A DNA stretch of 64,000 bases. It comes from an uncultured Candidatus Rokubacteria bacterium. GTDB taxonomy: Bacteria > Methylomirabilota > Methylomirabilia > Rokubacteriales > DASRDR01. The translations under genes and the position numbers were made by a program. The notes beneath the pieces were generated by a model. It did not search any database and was not told the origin of the DNA. It worked only from the letters and a program-made list of their open reading frames with translations. The DNA lies in assembly GCA_963826115.1 (NCBI GenBank), contig CAWGVS010000005.1:1184001-1248000 (forward strand), written 5' to 3'. This document shows, piece by piece, positions 36,755 through 45,614 of the stretch. Position 1 is the stretch's first letter; each line of letters opens with the position of its first letter.

Positions 36755-37585
36755 TTACGCCGGCCAGGTCTGATCACCGCCGTCGACGCGCAGCACCTGC
36801 CCCGAGACGTGGCGGCCCGCGTCCGTCACGAAGTACTCCACGGCGCGGGCGATGTCCTCCGGCTGGCCATACCCCTCGAGCGTGCCGATCCGGTCCACTC
36901 CCTTCGAGCTCGCCTGGCCCGTCGCGACGAAGCGCGCCGTCATGGTGCCGCCCGGCGCCACGCAGTTCACGGTGACGTTGTACGGCCGGAGCTGCGCCGC
37001 CAGGCAGCGCGTGTACTCGTGGACGGCCGCCTTGGCGGTCGCGTACATGACGCCGTCGGCCCGCCCGTTCAGGCCCGCCACGCTCCCGAGCGTGACGATG
37101 CGCCCCGCCTTCCGCTCCATCATCTCGGGCGCCACCTCCCGGCAGACGTAGATGCACGAGAGGAGGTTCCGGTCGAGCACCGTGCGGACGTCCTCCAGCG
37201 AGACGAACACGCCATCGTTCTTCGGAGGCTTCCCGCCGCCTGGTCCGGACGCTCCCGCCGTCCCGATGTCGCCGCCCGCGTTGTTGACGAGGATGTCGAT
37301 CCGCCCGTACTCGGCCCGGATCCGCGCCACCGCCGCGTGCACCGCCTCGGGCCGCGTCAGATCGGCCGGCAGCGCCAGCACGCGGCGGCCCGTTCGGGCC
37401 GCAACGTCGCGCGCGACCTGATCGAGGGACTCCGCCTCGCCGAAGGCGCGCGCCGAGGTCTGGCTCGTACCGTGAACGACCAGGTCCGCGCCGAGCCGTC
37501 CCAGATGCTCGGCCATCACGCGACCGAGGCCTCGCGACGACCCGGTGACCCATGCGATCTGTCCCGCCAGCACTGCGTCCGCCAT
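36755..37585 (-). CDS. Short-chain dehydrogenase/reductase (FabG-like)
   Basis: TGSSRGLG, NNAG, S, YATAK, VAPG, GQVLRVDGG; GAGGAG RBS. Confidence 0.9.
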   Translation of the reverse strand: MADAVLAGQIAWVTGSSRGLGRVMAEHLGRLGADLVVHGTSQTSARAFGEAESLDQVARDVAARTGRRVLALPADLTRPEAVHAAVARIRAEYGRIDILVNNAGGDIGTAGASGPGGGKPPKNDGVFVSLEDVRTVLDRNLLSCIYVCREVAPEMMERKAGRIVTLGSVAGLNGRADGVMYATAKAAVHEYTRCLAAQLRPYNVTVNCVAPGGTMTARFVATGQASSKGVDRIGTLEGYGQPEDIARAVEYFVTDAGRHVSGQVLRVDGGDQTWPA

Positions 37586-37599
37586 CGAACGGGTCTCCT

Positions 37600-38700
37600 C
37601 TACGGCACGACCAGGCGGCCGTGCTCCACGACCAGGCGCCCGTTGGCACGCACCGTGGCGTCGGTCAGAAAGAACCACTGATGGTAGCTCGAGCGGTACG
37701 GGCCACCCGACTCCGCGTTGTCCCCCACGCTGACCCGGATCACACCCGCGCCGTAGCCGTAGTACGGAATGGCCGGCAACCCGGGAAGCACGGCCAGCTT
37801 GGGATTGACGCCGAGATTGAACTCGCCGAAGCGGTCGCGGTCGCCCCCGTGGCTCCGCCACACGCCTTCGAGCCAGGCCCCGTGGTGCTCACTGGTGATC
37901 CGCGAGATGCGGTTGTCCCCGAACTCGAGGCGCACGCTCCCGACCTGGCGCCCCGCGAAGGTCTCGGGCGGCGTCACCAGCACGCCCTCCGTGCCCTGGA
38001 CGTCGACGGTCCGGATGGCCCCGGCCGGCAGCTCGACCTCGCGGTCCCGGGCGCTCCCGGGCCGCGCGTAGCCGTCGACGAACGCCTTCGAGGCGTCGCC
38101 GTTGCCGAGGTGGAAGTGGGCGCCGCGCAGCGCGAAGCGGAGCCGAGTCCCGCGCGGGTCCGTCACCTCGACGTCGCTGTCCCGGAGGGTCTCGCAGAGC
38201 CGCCGCTGGTGGGCCGTCAGCGCGGCGTAGTCGACCCAGAGCGCCGCGTCGTAGAGCTCCGAGAGGCGCCGGAACAGGCCGGCGTCCATCGACACGTCCA
38301 TGATCCAGTGGAAGTGGACGGCCCGCCCCGGCCAGGTCTTGATGATCTCTTCCGTCTGCCAGACGTTGTACGCCCAGCTCGTCGGGAGCCAGATGTACGC
38401 GTCGGCCAGCCCGAAGAGCGCGGCGACCGCGCGGTCCTCCATCGCGCGGGACGCGGGGTCCTCGCGGCGACGGAGCTCCCGCCGGACCCGCTCGAGTCCC
38501 GGCGGGTGGAGCATGTGAACCGCCAGCTCGACCGCCCCCGAGCGGGCGATCTCGACCCGCACCGCCTCGGTGAGCGCCGGGAAGTACGTCGGGTCCGCGT
38601 GGATGAGGACCCGCTCGCCCGGGGCGAGCCGGAGCGCGTCGCGGACGATGAGCCCGGCGACGCGGGCCCAATCCGTCTGGTACTCGTAGGGAACGCCCAT
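37600..38700 (-). CDS. Peptidase M29 (aminopeptidase T) fold protein with degenerate metal site
   Basis: PGERVLI, GTRLRF, LPAGAI, GEFNLGVNP, VSVGDN...GG...SSYH, G..VV..G. Confidence 0.8.
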   Translation of the reverse strand: MGVPYEYQTDWARVAGLIVRDALRLAPGERVLIHADPTYFPALTEAVRVEIARSGAVELAVHMLHPPGLERVRRELRRREDPASRAMEDRAVAALFGLADAYIWLPTSWAYNVWQTEEIIKTWPGRAVHFHWIMDVSMDAGLFRRLSELYDAALWVDYAALTAHQRRLCETLRDSDVEVTDPRGTRLRFALRGAHFHLGNGDASKAFVDGYARPGSARDREVELPAGAIRTVDVQGTEGVLVTPPETFAGRQVGSVRLEFGDNRISRITSEHHGAWLEGVWRSHGGDRDRFGEFNLGVNPKLAVLPGLPAIPYYGYGAGVIRVSVGDNAESGGPYRSSYHQWFFLTDATVRANGRLVVEHGRLVVP

Positions 38701-38730
38701 CCGCGCGGTCCTAGCGCCGGCCCGACGCCA

Positions 38731-40176
38731 TCAGGTGATCGTGGGGCGCTCGAGCGGATAGCGCTCGTAGCGGCGGTCCCGCACGACCCGCGCGATCCGG
38801 GCCACGGCCTCGTGGAGGTCCCCGAACGACGTGTAGAGCGGCGCGATCCCCAGGCGGAGGTTGTCCGGGTAGCGGAAGTCTGGCAGCACCGCCATCTCGT
38901 CGATCAGCGCCCGGTCGATCCGGAGCGCCTCGGCGTGCCCGAGCGAGATGTGCGAGCCCCGCCGCTCCGGATCACGCGGGGAGTTGAGCGCGAATCCGAG
39001 CGGCTGGAGCTCCCGCTCCCAGAGCCGCACGAGGTACTCCGTCTGCGCGACCGACTTCGCGCGCACCCGGTCCATCCCCGCCTCGAGAAGCAGGTCCACG
39101 CCCGGCTCCACGGCGAGGAGCGACAGGACCGGCGGGGTGCCGGCCAGGTACCGCAGGATGCCGGGCGCCGGGCGGTAGTCCGGCGCCATGTCGAACTGGT
39201 CGCGCTGCCCGAACCAGCCCCACACCGGATTCGCCAGGACCTCCTGGAGGTCGCGCCGCACGTAGAGGAACGCCGGCGCCCCGGGGCCTCCGTTCACGTA
39301 CTTGTAGGTGCACCCGACGGCGAGGTCGGCTTCTCCCGCCTGGAGCGCCACCGGTACCGCGCCGACCGAGTGGGAAAGGTCCCACAGCGTGAAGGCACCC
39401 GCCCGGTGCGCGAGGGCCGTGACCACCGCCAGGTCGTGGACGAAGGCCGAGCGATAGGCCGTGTGCGAGAGCGTGACGAGCGCGGTGTCGCCGTCCATCG
39501 CGCGCGCGAGCGCCGCCTCGCTGACCGTCAGCCCGTCCTCGGACTTCACCACCACCAGCCGGTGACCCGCGCCCAGGAGGTCGATGGCCCCCTGCAGCAC
39601 GTAGAGGTCCGTCGGGAAGTTCATGTCGTCGGTCACCACGGTCCGTCGCCCCGGCCGGGCCCGAAGCGCGGCCACGACGAGCTTGAACAGGTTCACCGTC
39701 GTGGAATCGGCAACGACGACATCCTCCGGAGGGGCGCCGATGAGCGTCGCGAGCTTGGCGCCGATCCGCTGGCTGGCCGTGAACCAGCCCTCCCCCCAGC
39801 CGCGGATCAGGCGCCCGCCCCAGTCGCGCTCGATCGCCTTCTTGAGCCGAGGGGCAGCCTGACGCGGGAGGCGCCCGAGCGAGTTGCCGTCCAGATAGAT
39901 GAGGCGCGGGTCCGTCACCACGAACTCTCGGCGGAAGCGGGCGAGCGGGTCCGCCGCATCCAGCCGGCGCGCCTCCGCCAGCGAGGCGGCCTCGGCCGCT
40001 GTGGCCGCGCTCGTCCCCCGGCTCGGCGCCGAGCCCCCGGCCGCCGAACCGTGCCGGGCCGCCCGGCCGTGTCCCGGGCGCCCCGGGAGCCCCGCGGAGG
40101 GACGGCGGCCCGTCCCGTCCGGCGAGCCTCCCCGGCGGCGCCCGCGGCGCGGTCGGCGGCCCTCAGGTCGCGGCAT
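38731..40176 (-). CDS. kynU: Kynureninase (start uncertain; low-complexity N-terminal extension)
   Basis: DPLARFRREF, YLDGNSLG, FPTDLY, WDLSHSVG, GCTYKYVNGGPG (PLP Lys), GWFG, GTPP, RGSH, D.R.PD.LR. Confidence 0.92.
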   Translation of the reverse strand: MPRPEGRRPRRGRRRGGSPDGTGRRPSAGLPGRPGHGRAARHGSAAGGSAPSRGTSAATAAEAASLAEARRLDAADPLARFRREFVVTDPRLIYLDGNSLGRLPRQAAPRLKKAIERDWGGRLIRGWGEGWFTASQRIGAKLATLIGAPPEDVVVADSTTVNLFKLVVAALRARPGRRTVVTDDMNFPTDLYVLQGAIDLLGAGHRLVVVKSEDGLTVSEAALARAMDGDTALVTLSHTAYRSAFVHDLAVVTALAHRAGAFTLWDLSHSVGAVPVALQAGEADLAVGCTYKYVNGGPGAPAFLYVRRDLQEVLANPVWGWFGQRDQFDMAPDYRPAPGILRYLAGTPPVLSLLAVEPGVDLLLEAGMDRVRAKSVAQTEYLVRLWERELQPLGFALNSPRDPERRGSHISLGHAEALRIDRALIDEMAVLPDFRYPDNLRLGIAPLYTSFGDLHEAVARIARVVRDRRYERYPLERPTIT

Positions 40177-40963
40177 CGATGGCTCTGAGATCCTGGCGCG
40201 ACAGCGTGAAGTCCAGCGCGCCCGCGTTCTCTCTGACGTGCGCCGGGTCGCTCGCCTTCGGGATCGTGAACAGCGCCGGGCGGCGGGTGAGGAAGTTCAG
40301 CGCCACCTGGCGCGGCGTCCGCCCGTGGCGCTTCGCGATCTCCGCGACCGCGCCGCGCATGAACCCCCCGCGCGCCAGCGGCGTGTAGCCGACCACGGCC
40401 ACGCGCTTCCGCTCGCAGTGGGGCAGGACGTCCTTCTCGATCTGGCGGTCCCGCAGGTGATAGAGGACCTGGTTGGACGCCAGCGGCAGCGAGCCGAGGG
40501 CGGCCTGGGCCCGGCGCATCTGGGGCGCGTCGAAGTTGCTGACGCCGACCAGACGCGTGAGCCCCCGGGCGACCAGCTCCGCCATGGCCCGCATCGTCTC
40601 CTCGACGGGGTGACGGTCGGACCACCAGTGGAGGAGGTAGAGGTCGAGGCAGTCCGTGCCGAGGCGGCGGAGCGATGCCTCGCACGCGCGGACCGTCCCC
40701 GCGTAGGAGGCGTTGGACGGCAACACCTTGGTGACGATGAAGACTCGGTTCCGCTGGCCTGCGACGGCCTCGGCGACCACGCGCTCGGCGCCGCCGTCCG
40801 CGTACATCTCGGCGGTGTCGATGTGGGTCAGGCCGAGCTCGATCCCCAGCCGGAGCGCCGCGACCTCGTCGCGCCGGCGCGCCCGCTTCTCGCCCATCCC
40901 CCAGGTCCCCTGCCCGATCACGGGCACGGGCACGCCGGTCGGCCCGAACGGTCGCGTGATCAC
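40163..40963 (-). CDS. Aldo/keto reductase
   Basis: GQGTW, IDTAEMY, TKV, LYLLHW, GVSNF, IPKAS..HVREN; GTGA overlap with the upstream gene. Confidence 0.92.
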   Translation of the reverse strand: MITRPFGPTGVPVPVIGQGTWGMGEKRARRRDEVAALRLGIELGLTHIDTAEMYADGGAERVVAEAVAGQRNRVFIVTKVLPSNASYAGTVRACEASLRRLGTDCLDLYLLHWWSDRHPVEETMRAMAELVARGLTRLVGVSNFDAPQMRRAQAALGSLPLASNQVLYHLRDRQIEKDVLPHCERKRVAVVGYTPLARGGFMRGAVAEIAKRHGRTPRQVALNFLTRRPALFTIPKASDPAHVRENAGALDFTLSRQDLRAIDAAT

Positions 40964-42027
40964 CGGCGCGCACCGCCCCGGCCGGCCGCCCCGGCGGCGA
41001 CGGCGCTCGCGGGGTCGGGTCCGACGCGCACGAGCATCTTCCCGAAGTTCCGTCCCTGGAGGAGCCCGACGAGCGCCGCGGGGGCCCGCTCGAGGCCGTC
41101 CACGACGTCCTCCCGGTACCGGAGCTGTCCCGCCCGCACCCACTCGGTCAGCTGCGCGAGCCCTTCCTTGTAGCGCGCCGCGAAGTCGAACACGATGAAG
41201 CCCTGGATCCGAACGCGGTTCACGAGCACGAATCGCTCGTTCCGCGGCGCGACCTCCGGCTCGGTGAGGTTGTACTGCGACATGAGGCCGCACACGGAGA
41301 TTCGCGCGAAGAGGTTGACGTGGCGCGACACCGCCTCGGTGATCCGCCCTCCCACGTTGTCGAAGTAGACGTCCACGCCCTTCGGGCATGCCGCCCGGAG
41401 CGCCGCGTCCAGGTCCGACGCCGTCCGGTAGTTGATCCCCGCGTCGTACCCGAGCTCGCGCGTGATGTAGTCCACCTTCGCGTCGGAGCCGGCCAGTCCC
41501 ACCGCCCGGCACCCCTTGAGCTTCGCGATCTGGCCGACCAGGCTCCCGACAGCGCCGGACGCCGCCGACACGACGACGGTCTCTCCGGCCTTCGGTTGCC
41601 CGACCTCGAGGAGCCCGAAGTACGCCGTCAGCCCCGGCATCCCAAGGACGCCGAGCGCGGTCGAGATGGGCGCGACGGTCGGATCGATCCGCCGCACGCC
41701 CTTCCCGGCAGATACCGCGTACTCCTGCCAGCCGAGCCGGCCCTCCACGACGTCCCCGACCGCGAAACCCGGGTGGTTCGAGCGGACCACCTCGCCGACC
41801 GTGCCGCCTTCCATCACGTCGCCCACGGCGACCGGCGGCACGTAGGACCGCGCGTCGCTCATCCGGCCCCTCATGTAGGGATCGAGCGACAGGTACACGA
41901 CGCGAACGAGGAACTCCCCCGCGCCTGGCTCGGGCACGGACGACTCGGCGAGCCGGAAATCGCTCTCATCCGGATAGCCCGCGGGCCGGGCGGCGAGCCG
42001 GACCTGGCGGTGCGAGGTGGGGATCAC
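40960..42027 (-). CDS. NADP-dependent oxidoreductase (prostaglandin reductase/CurA-like)
   Basis: SLDPYMRGRM, GMPGLTAYFG, SAASGAVG, YFDNVGG, GRNFGK. Confidence 0.92.
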   Translation of the reverse strand: MIPTSHRQVRLAARPAGYPDESDFRLAESSVPEPGAGEFLVRVVYLSLDPYMRGRMSDARSYVPPVAVGDVMEGGTVGEVVRSNHPGFAVGDVVEGRLGWQEYAVSAGKGVRRIDPTVAPISTALGVLGMPGLTAYFGLLEVGQPKAGETVVVSAASGAVGSLVGQIAKLKGCRAVGLAGSDAKVDYITRELGYDAGINYRTASDLDAALRAACPKGVDVYFDNVGGRITEAVSRHVNLFARISVCGLMSQYNLTEPEVAPRNERFVLVNRVRIQGFIVFDFAARYKEGLAQLTEWVRAGQLRYREDVVDGLERAPAALVGLLQGRNFGKMLVRVGPDPASAVAAGAAGRGGARR

Positions 42028-42092
42028 GGGACGTCCTCCCGCCTCCGGCGGCCGGGACGCGACGGAGACGCGGTCAGGCGCACGATGTCAGG

Positions 42093-42121
42093 AGCCTAGC
42101 GAGCCGTCCGTGGAGCGTCAA
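42093..42121 (-). promoter_or_regulatory. Putative sigma70 promoter of the oxidoreductase-kynU operon
   Basis: Minus strand TTGACG-N17-TAGGCT. Confidence 0.55.
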
Positions 42122-42174
42122 GTGGACCGCCGCTCGCGGGCAGACGGCGGACTGTCAGCTTCGGGCCGGGCGCC

Positions 42175-43224
42175 TCAGCCGCCCCGGGTGTGCATCTCGA
42201 GATGCGGGTCCTGCCGGAGCCCCTCGATCTGAACGAGCACCCCGCGGTACCCGATCGTCTCGAGCTCCTTCCGCTCCTCCGCGCCTCGGTCGCGTCGCCG
42301 GCTCCAGCCGCCCGCGATGAGGGCCCGGAGCTCCTCGCGCGAGGCGCCGTCCCGCAGCGGGGTGCGAAGGTCGATCCCCCGCTGGGCGTAGAGGCACAGG
42401 TACCAGGTACCGTCCGCCGTGAGCCGGCTCCGGTCGCACGTCCGGCAGAAGGGCGTCGTGGTCGAGGCGATGATGCCGAACGTCGTCCCGTCGCCGAGGC
42501 GGAACCGCTCGGCGGGCGCCGACGACACCTCGGGGATCGGCTCGATGGGCCCGAACCGGGCGCCCAGGCGCTCGAGAATCTCCGCGCGCGACACCACCTG
42601 CTCGCGCGACCAGTGTGTCGCCCCGCCGACGTCCATGTACTCGATGAACCGCACCTCGGCGCCGACGCGGCGCGCGAATTCCACGAGATCGACCAGCTCG
42701 TCGTCGTTGACCCCCCGGATGACGACCGAGTCGAGCTTCAGGCCCTCGAAGCCCGCGGCCCGGACGCCGTCGATACCGCGCAGCACGGCGGCGTGATCGT
42801 CTCGTCGGGTGAGCGCCCGGAACCGATCGGGCCGGAGGGTGTCGAGGCTTACCGTGACCCGGTGGAGCCCGGCCGCCTTGAGCGCCCCGGCCTGCCCGGC
42901 GAGAAGGACGCCGTTGCTCGTCATCGCCAGGTCCCGGACGGCGGAGACCGCTGACAGCAGCCGCACGAGGTCAGGCAAGTCCCGGCGGAGCAGCGGCTCA
43001 CCGCCCGTGAGCCGCACCTTGTCGACACCCAGGTCGGTGAACACCTCGACGAGCGTCTGGATCTCCTCGAAGGTCAGGAGGTCCGACCGGCGGAGCCACG
43101 CGTACTCCTCCTCCGGCATGCAGTACTGGCAGCGGAGGTTGCATCGGTCGGTCACCGACACCCGGAGGTTCCGGAGCGGGCGGCCGAGCGTGTCCCGGAG
43201 GTCGGGGCCAGGGGACGTCACCAT
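42175..43224 (-). CDS. moaA: GTP 3',8-cyclase (molybdopterin biosynthesis radical SAM enzyme)
   Basis: [31 protein letters not shown]-x13-C, C-terminal GG. Confidence 0.95.
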   Translation of the reverse strand: MVTSPGPDLRDTLGRPLRNLRVSVTDRCNLRCQYCMPEEEYAWLRRSDLLTFEEIQTLVEVFTDLGVDKVRLTGGEPLLRRDLPDLVRLLSAVSAVRDLAMTSNGVLLAGQAGALKAAGLHRVTVSLDTLRPDRFRALTRRDDHAAVLRGIDGVRAAGFEGLKLDSVVIRGVNDDELVDLVEFARRVGAEVRFIEYMDVGGATHWSREQVVSRAEILERLGARFGPIEPIPEVSSAPAERFRLGDGTTFGIIASTTTPFCRTCDRSRLTADGTWYLCLYAQRGIDLRTPLRDGASREELRALIAGGWSRRRDRGAEERKELETIGYRGVLVQIEGLRQDPHLEMHTRGG

Positions 43225-43231
43225 AGACCCC

Positions 43232-43301
43232 ATTATGCCGCATCCAGCGCGCGGACACGCACTCGCGAGCCGTTGCCGGGCGCTTGGCGGAACCCTATAG
43301 T
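43232..43301. promoter_or_regulatory. Divergent leaderless promoters for moaA and the EEP gene
   Basis: Minus strand CATAAT 7 nt before the moaA ATG; plus strand TTGCCG-N17-TATAGT 8 nt before GTG 43310. Confidence 0.5.
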
Positions 43302-43309
43302 AGGCGAGC

Positions 43310-44266
43310 GTGATGGCCGTGCGACGGCTCGTGACGGGCGCGCTCGTCGCCGCCGCGGTGGCGACTCCGGCCGCGGCCGGCGACCCACCCCCGTCCACGC
43401 TCCGCTTCGTGTCCCTGAACGTCCTTCACGGCGGGCCGCTTTCGGGCTGGACCGGACGTGACAGCCACCTCGAGGCCCGGCTCGACCTCGTCAGCCAAGC
43501 GCTCCGGGCGCTGGCGCCGGACGTGGTGGCCCTTCAGGAGGCGTCCTGGAGCCGCGCGCGGGGCGAGGTCGCCTCCCGCCTGGCGGGGCGCCTCGGCTTG
43601 AACCATGTCTACGCGCCGGCCTCGATGCGGCTGTTCGACACGGGATGGATCAACCGCTTCGCGGCGAGCCTCATCGGCTTCTCGGAAGGTCCGGCGATCC
43701 TGAGCCGCTTTCCCATCGCACGCTGGGAGGTGCACCGGCTCCCGCGCTGCGGCAAGCGCCTCGACCCGCGGGTCCTCCTGTTCGCGGAGCTCAGCACCCC
43801 GGGCGGGGTGCTCCCGGTGTTCTCAACTCACACCAGCGGCCACGCCTGCCACGCGGAGGCCGTGGCCGCGCTCGTCCGCGAGCGCCAGGGGGATCTCCCA
43901 GGCGTGCTGATGGGAGACCTGAACGCGGTCGAGGGCTCGGCGGCGATCCAGGGTCTGGTCGGCGGGGGCGAGCTCGTCGACTCGTTCCGCGCCGCGAACC
44001 CGGGCACGCCGGGCTTCACGGTGTGGCAGCCGGTGACCGCGCCGGATCGCCGCGCCTTCCGCCGCGTCGACTACGTCTTCCTGGTGCCGGGACGCCGCTT
44101 CTCGGGAGCGGTCGTCGAGAGCCGCGTGGTCGTCGACGCGCCCGGCCGGCTGCCCGATGGCAGCGCCCTCTGGCCGTCCGACCACTATGCCGTCCTGGCG
44201 GACCTCGCGATCCTCCCGCCCCTCCACACCGGCGCGACGGGCGAGCAGAATTCCGGCCAGGACTAG
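43310..44266 (+). CDS. Exported endonuclease/exonuclease/phosphatase (EEP) family protein
   Basis: Signal peptide; SLNV, DVVALQE, STH, GDLN, RVDY, SDH. Confidence 0.88.
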   Translation: MMAVRRLVTGALVAAAVATPAAAGDPPPSTLRFVSLNVLHGGPLSGWTGRDSHLEARLDLVSQALRALAPDVVALQEASWSRARGEVASRLAGRLGLNHVYAPASMRLFDTGWINRFAASLIGFSEGPAILSRFPIARWEVHRLPRCGKRLDPRVLLFAELSTPGGVLPVFSTHTSGHACHAEAVAALVRERQGDLPGVLMGDLNAVEGSAAIQGLVGGGELVDSFRAANPGTPGFTVWQPVTAPDRRAFRRVDYVFLVPGRRFSGAVVESRVVVDAPGRLPDGSALWPSDHYAVLADLAILPPLHTGATGEQNSGQD

Positions 44267-45163
44267 GAGACCGCCAACGGCTTGACGCGCTCCGAGCGGC
44301 TCGCCGAAGAGACCCCAGGCAAGGGCGCCCGCGACGAGCGGCTGGAGGAGCCCGCTCAGCCCGACGAGCGCGGCCGGCAGGTGCGCGAGGGCGAACGTGA
44401 AGAGGCCCTGGCCACCCGCGTGGGACACGAGCCCGAGCGCGAGCAGCACCACCCACCCGCCCATCGTCTCCGGCACCACACGATCACCGGAGAGGATGGC
44501 GACCGGCACCAGCGCCGCGCCGCCGATCAGCCCCGTCACCGCGACGACCTTCGCCGTGGGCCAGGTGGCGCGGAGCCGCTTCACCGCGAACAGGTAACCG
44601 GCGTAGAAGACCGCGCCCACCACGGCCAGGCCGTCGCCCGCGAGGTGGCGCCCACCCAGCCCGGCGCTCGCGCCTCCCAGGTACGCCGCGCCGACCAGCA
44701 CCGTCACCAGGCCCAGGAGGAACACACGGCTCGGCCGCTGGCCGAAGACGCCCCACGCGACGAGGACCAGGAACACCGGCGCGAGGTTCCCGAGGAGGGA
44801 TGCGTTGGCCACGCTCGTCCAGTGGAGGGACAGGTGCCACACCGCGAGATCCGCGGCGAAGAAGAGCCCCGCCAGGATCGCCCAGCCGCGGCCATGCCGA
44901 CTGCGGTCAGCCGGAGAGACCGCCCCGCCCGTTCCGACGAATGGCCACACCGCCAGCCCGGCCAGTCCCATGCGGTAGGCCGCGGTCGCCGTCGGTCCCG
45001 TCTCGGCCAGTCGGACCAGCAGCGTCCCGCCGGCCGTCGCGACTACCCCGACCAGGAGGGCCAGGAGCGCCAGGCGGTCGACCCGCGCCGCCGCCCGCTC
45101 GCCGGCAACCGGGGTCCGCGGGATGCTCCCTCCAATGTCCTCGACCGTCGCCGCGCGTGCCAT
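43823..45163 (-). CDS. DMT/EamA-family transporter (ORF runs about 440 nt antisense into the EEP gene)
   Basis: About 10 TM segments; TSVANA, GDGLA, QPLVA, GEPL. Homology ends near 44235 but there is no stop until 43823. Confidence 0.8.
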   Translation of the reverse strand: MARAATVEDIGGSIPRTPVAGERAAARVDRLALLALLVGVVATAGGTLLVRLAETGPTATAAYRMGLAGLAVWPFVGTGGAVSPADRSRHGRGWAILAGLFFAADLAVWHLSLHWTSVANASLLGNLAPVFLVLVAWGVFGQRPSRVFLLGLVTVLVGAAYLGGASAGLGGRHLAGDGLAVVGAVFYAGYLFAVKRLRATWPTAKVVAVTGLIGGAALVPVAILSGDRVVPETMGGWVVLLALGLVSHAGGQGLFTFALAHLPAALVGLSGLLQPLVAGALAWGLFGEPLGARQAVGGLLVLAGILLARRAGVEGREDREVRQDGIVVGRPEGAAIGQPAGRVDDHAALDDRSREAASRHQEDVVDAAEGAAIRRGHRLPHREARRARVRGAERVDELAPADQTLDRRRALDRVQVSHQHAWEIPLALADERGHGLRVAGVAAGVS

Positions 45164-45192
45164 CGAACGTGAGACCCCGGAGGGGCCCCACC

Positions 45193-45567
45193 GTGAAACC
45201 TCTCGCGCAGCGCGCCGCGCGGCCCCGGCCGCGGCCGGAGCCCCAGTACCTCTACCTGACGACGACGGGACGCGTGACCGGCCTCCCGCGCGAGATCGAG
45301 ATCTGGTTCACGCGGCGCGGGCACCGCGACTATCTCGTGGCCGAGACGGGTGAGCGCGCCCAGTGGGTGCGGAACCTCCGCGCGGACCCGGCCGTGGGCT
45401 GGAAGGTGGGACGCGCGGTCTACACGGGGAGGGCCCGGGTCGTCGATCCGCGCCGGGAGCCCACCCTGGCCGCCTCCGTGCGCGCTCGCTCGATCGCGAA
45501 GTACGGCTGGGGCGACGGCCTGATCGTCGAGCTCCGGCCGGCGCCGGTGCGACCCGGCCGCGGTTGA
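45193..45567 (+). CDS. Nitroreductase-family deazaflavin (F420)-dependent oxidoreductase-like protein
   Basis: LTTTGRVTGLPR.IEIWF, WVRNLRADP. Confidence 0.8.
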   Translation: MKPLAQRAARPRPRPEPQYLYLTTTGRVTGLPREIEIWFTRRGHRDYLVAETGERAQWVRNLRADPAVGWKVGRAVYTGRARVVDPRREPTLAASVRARSIAKYGWGDGLIVELRPAPVRPGRG

Positions 45568-45614
45568 CACCGGGACCCCCGCATCCCATGGTAGACAGCC
45601 GGGAGGACACGCGC

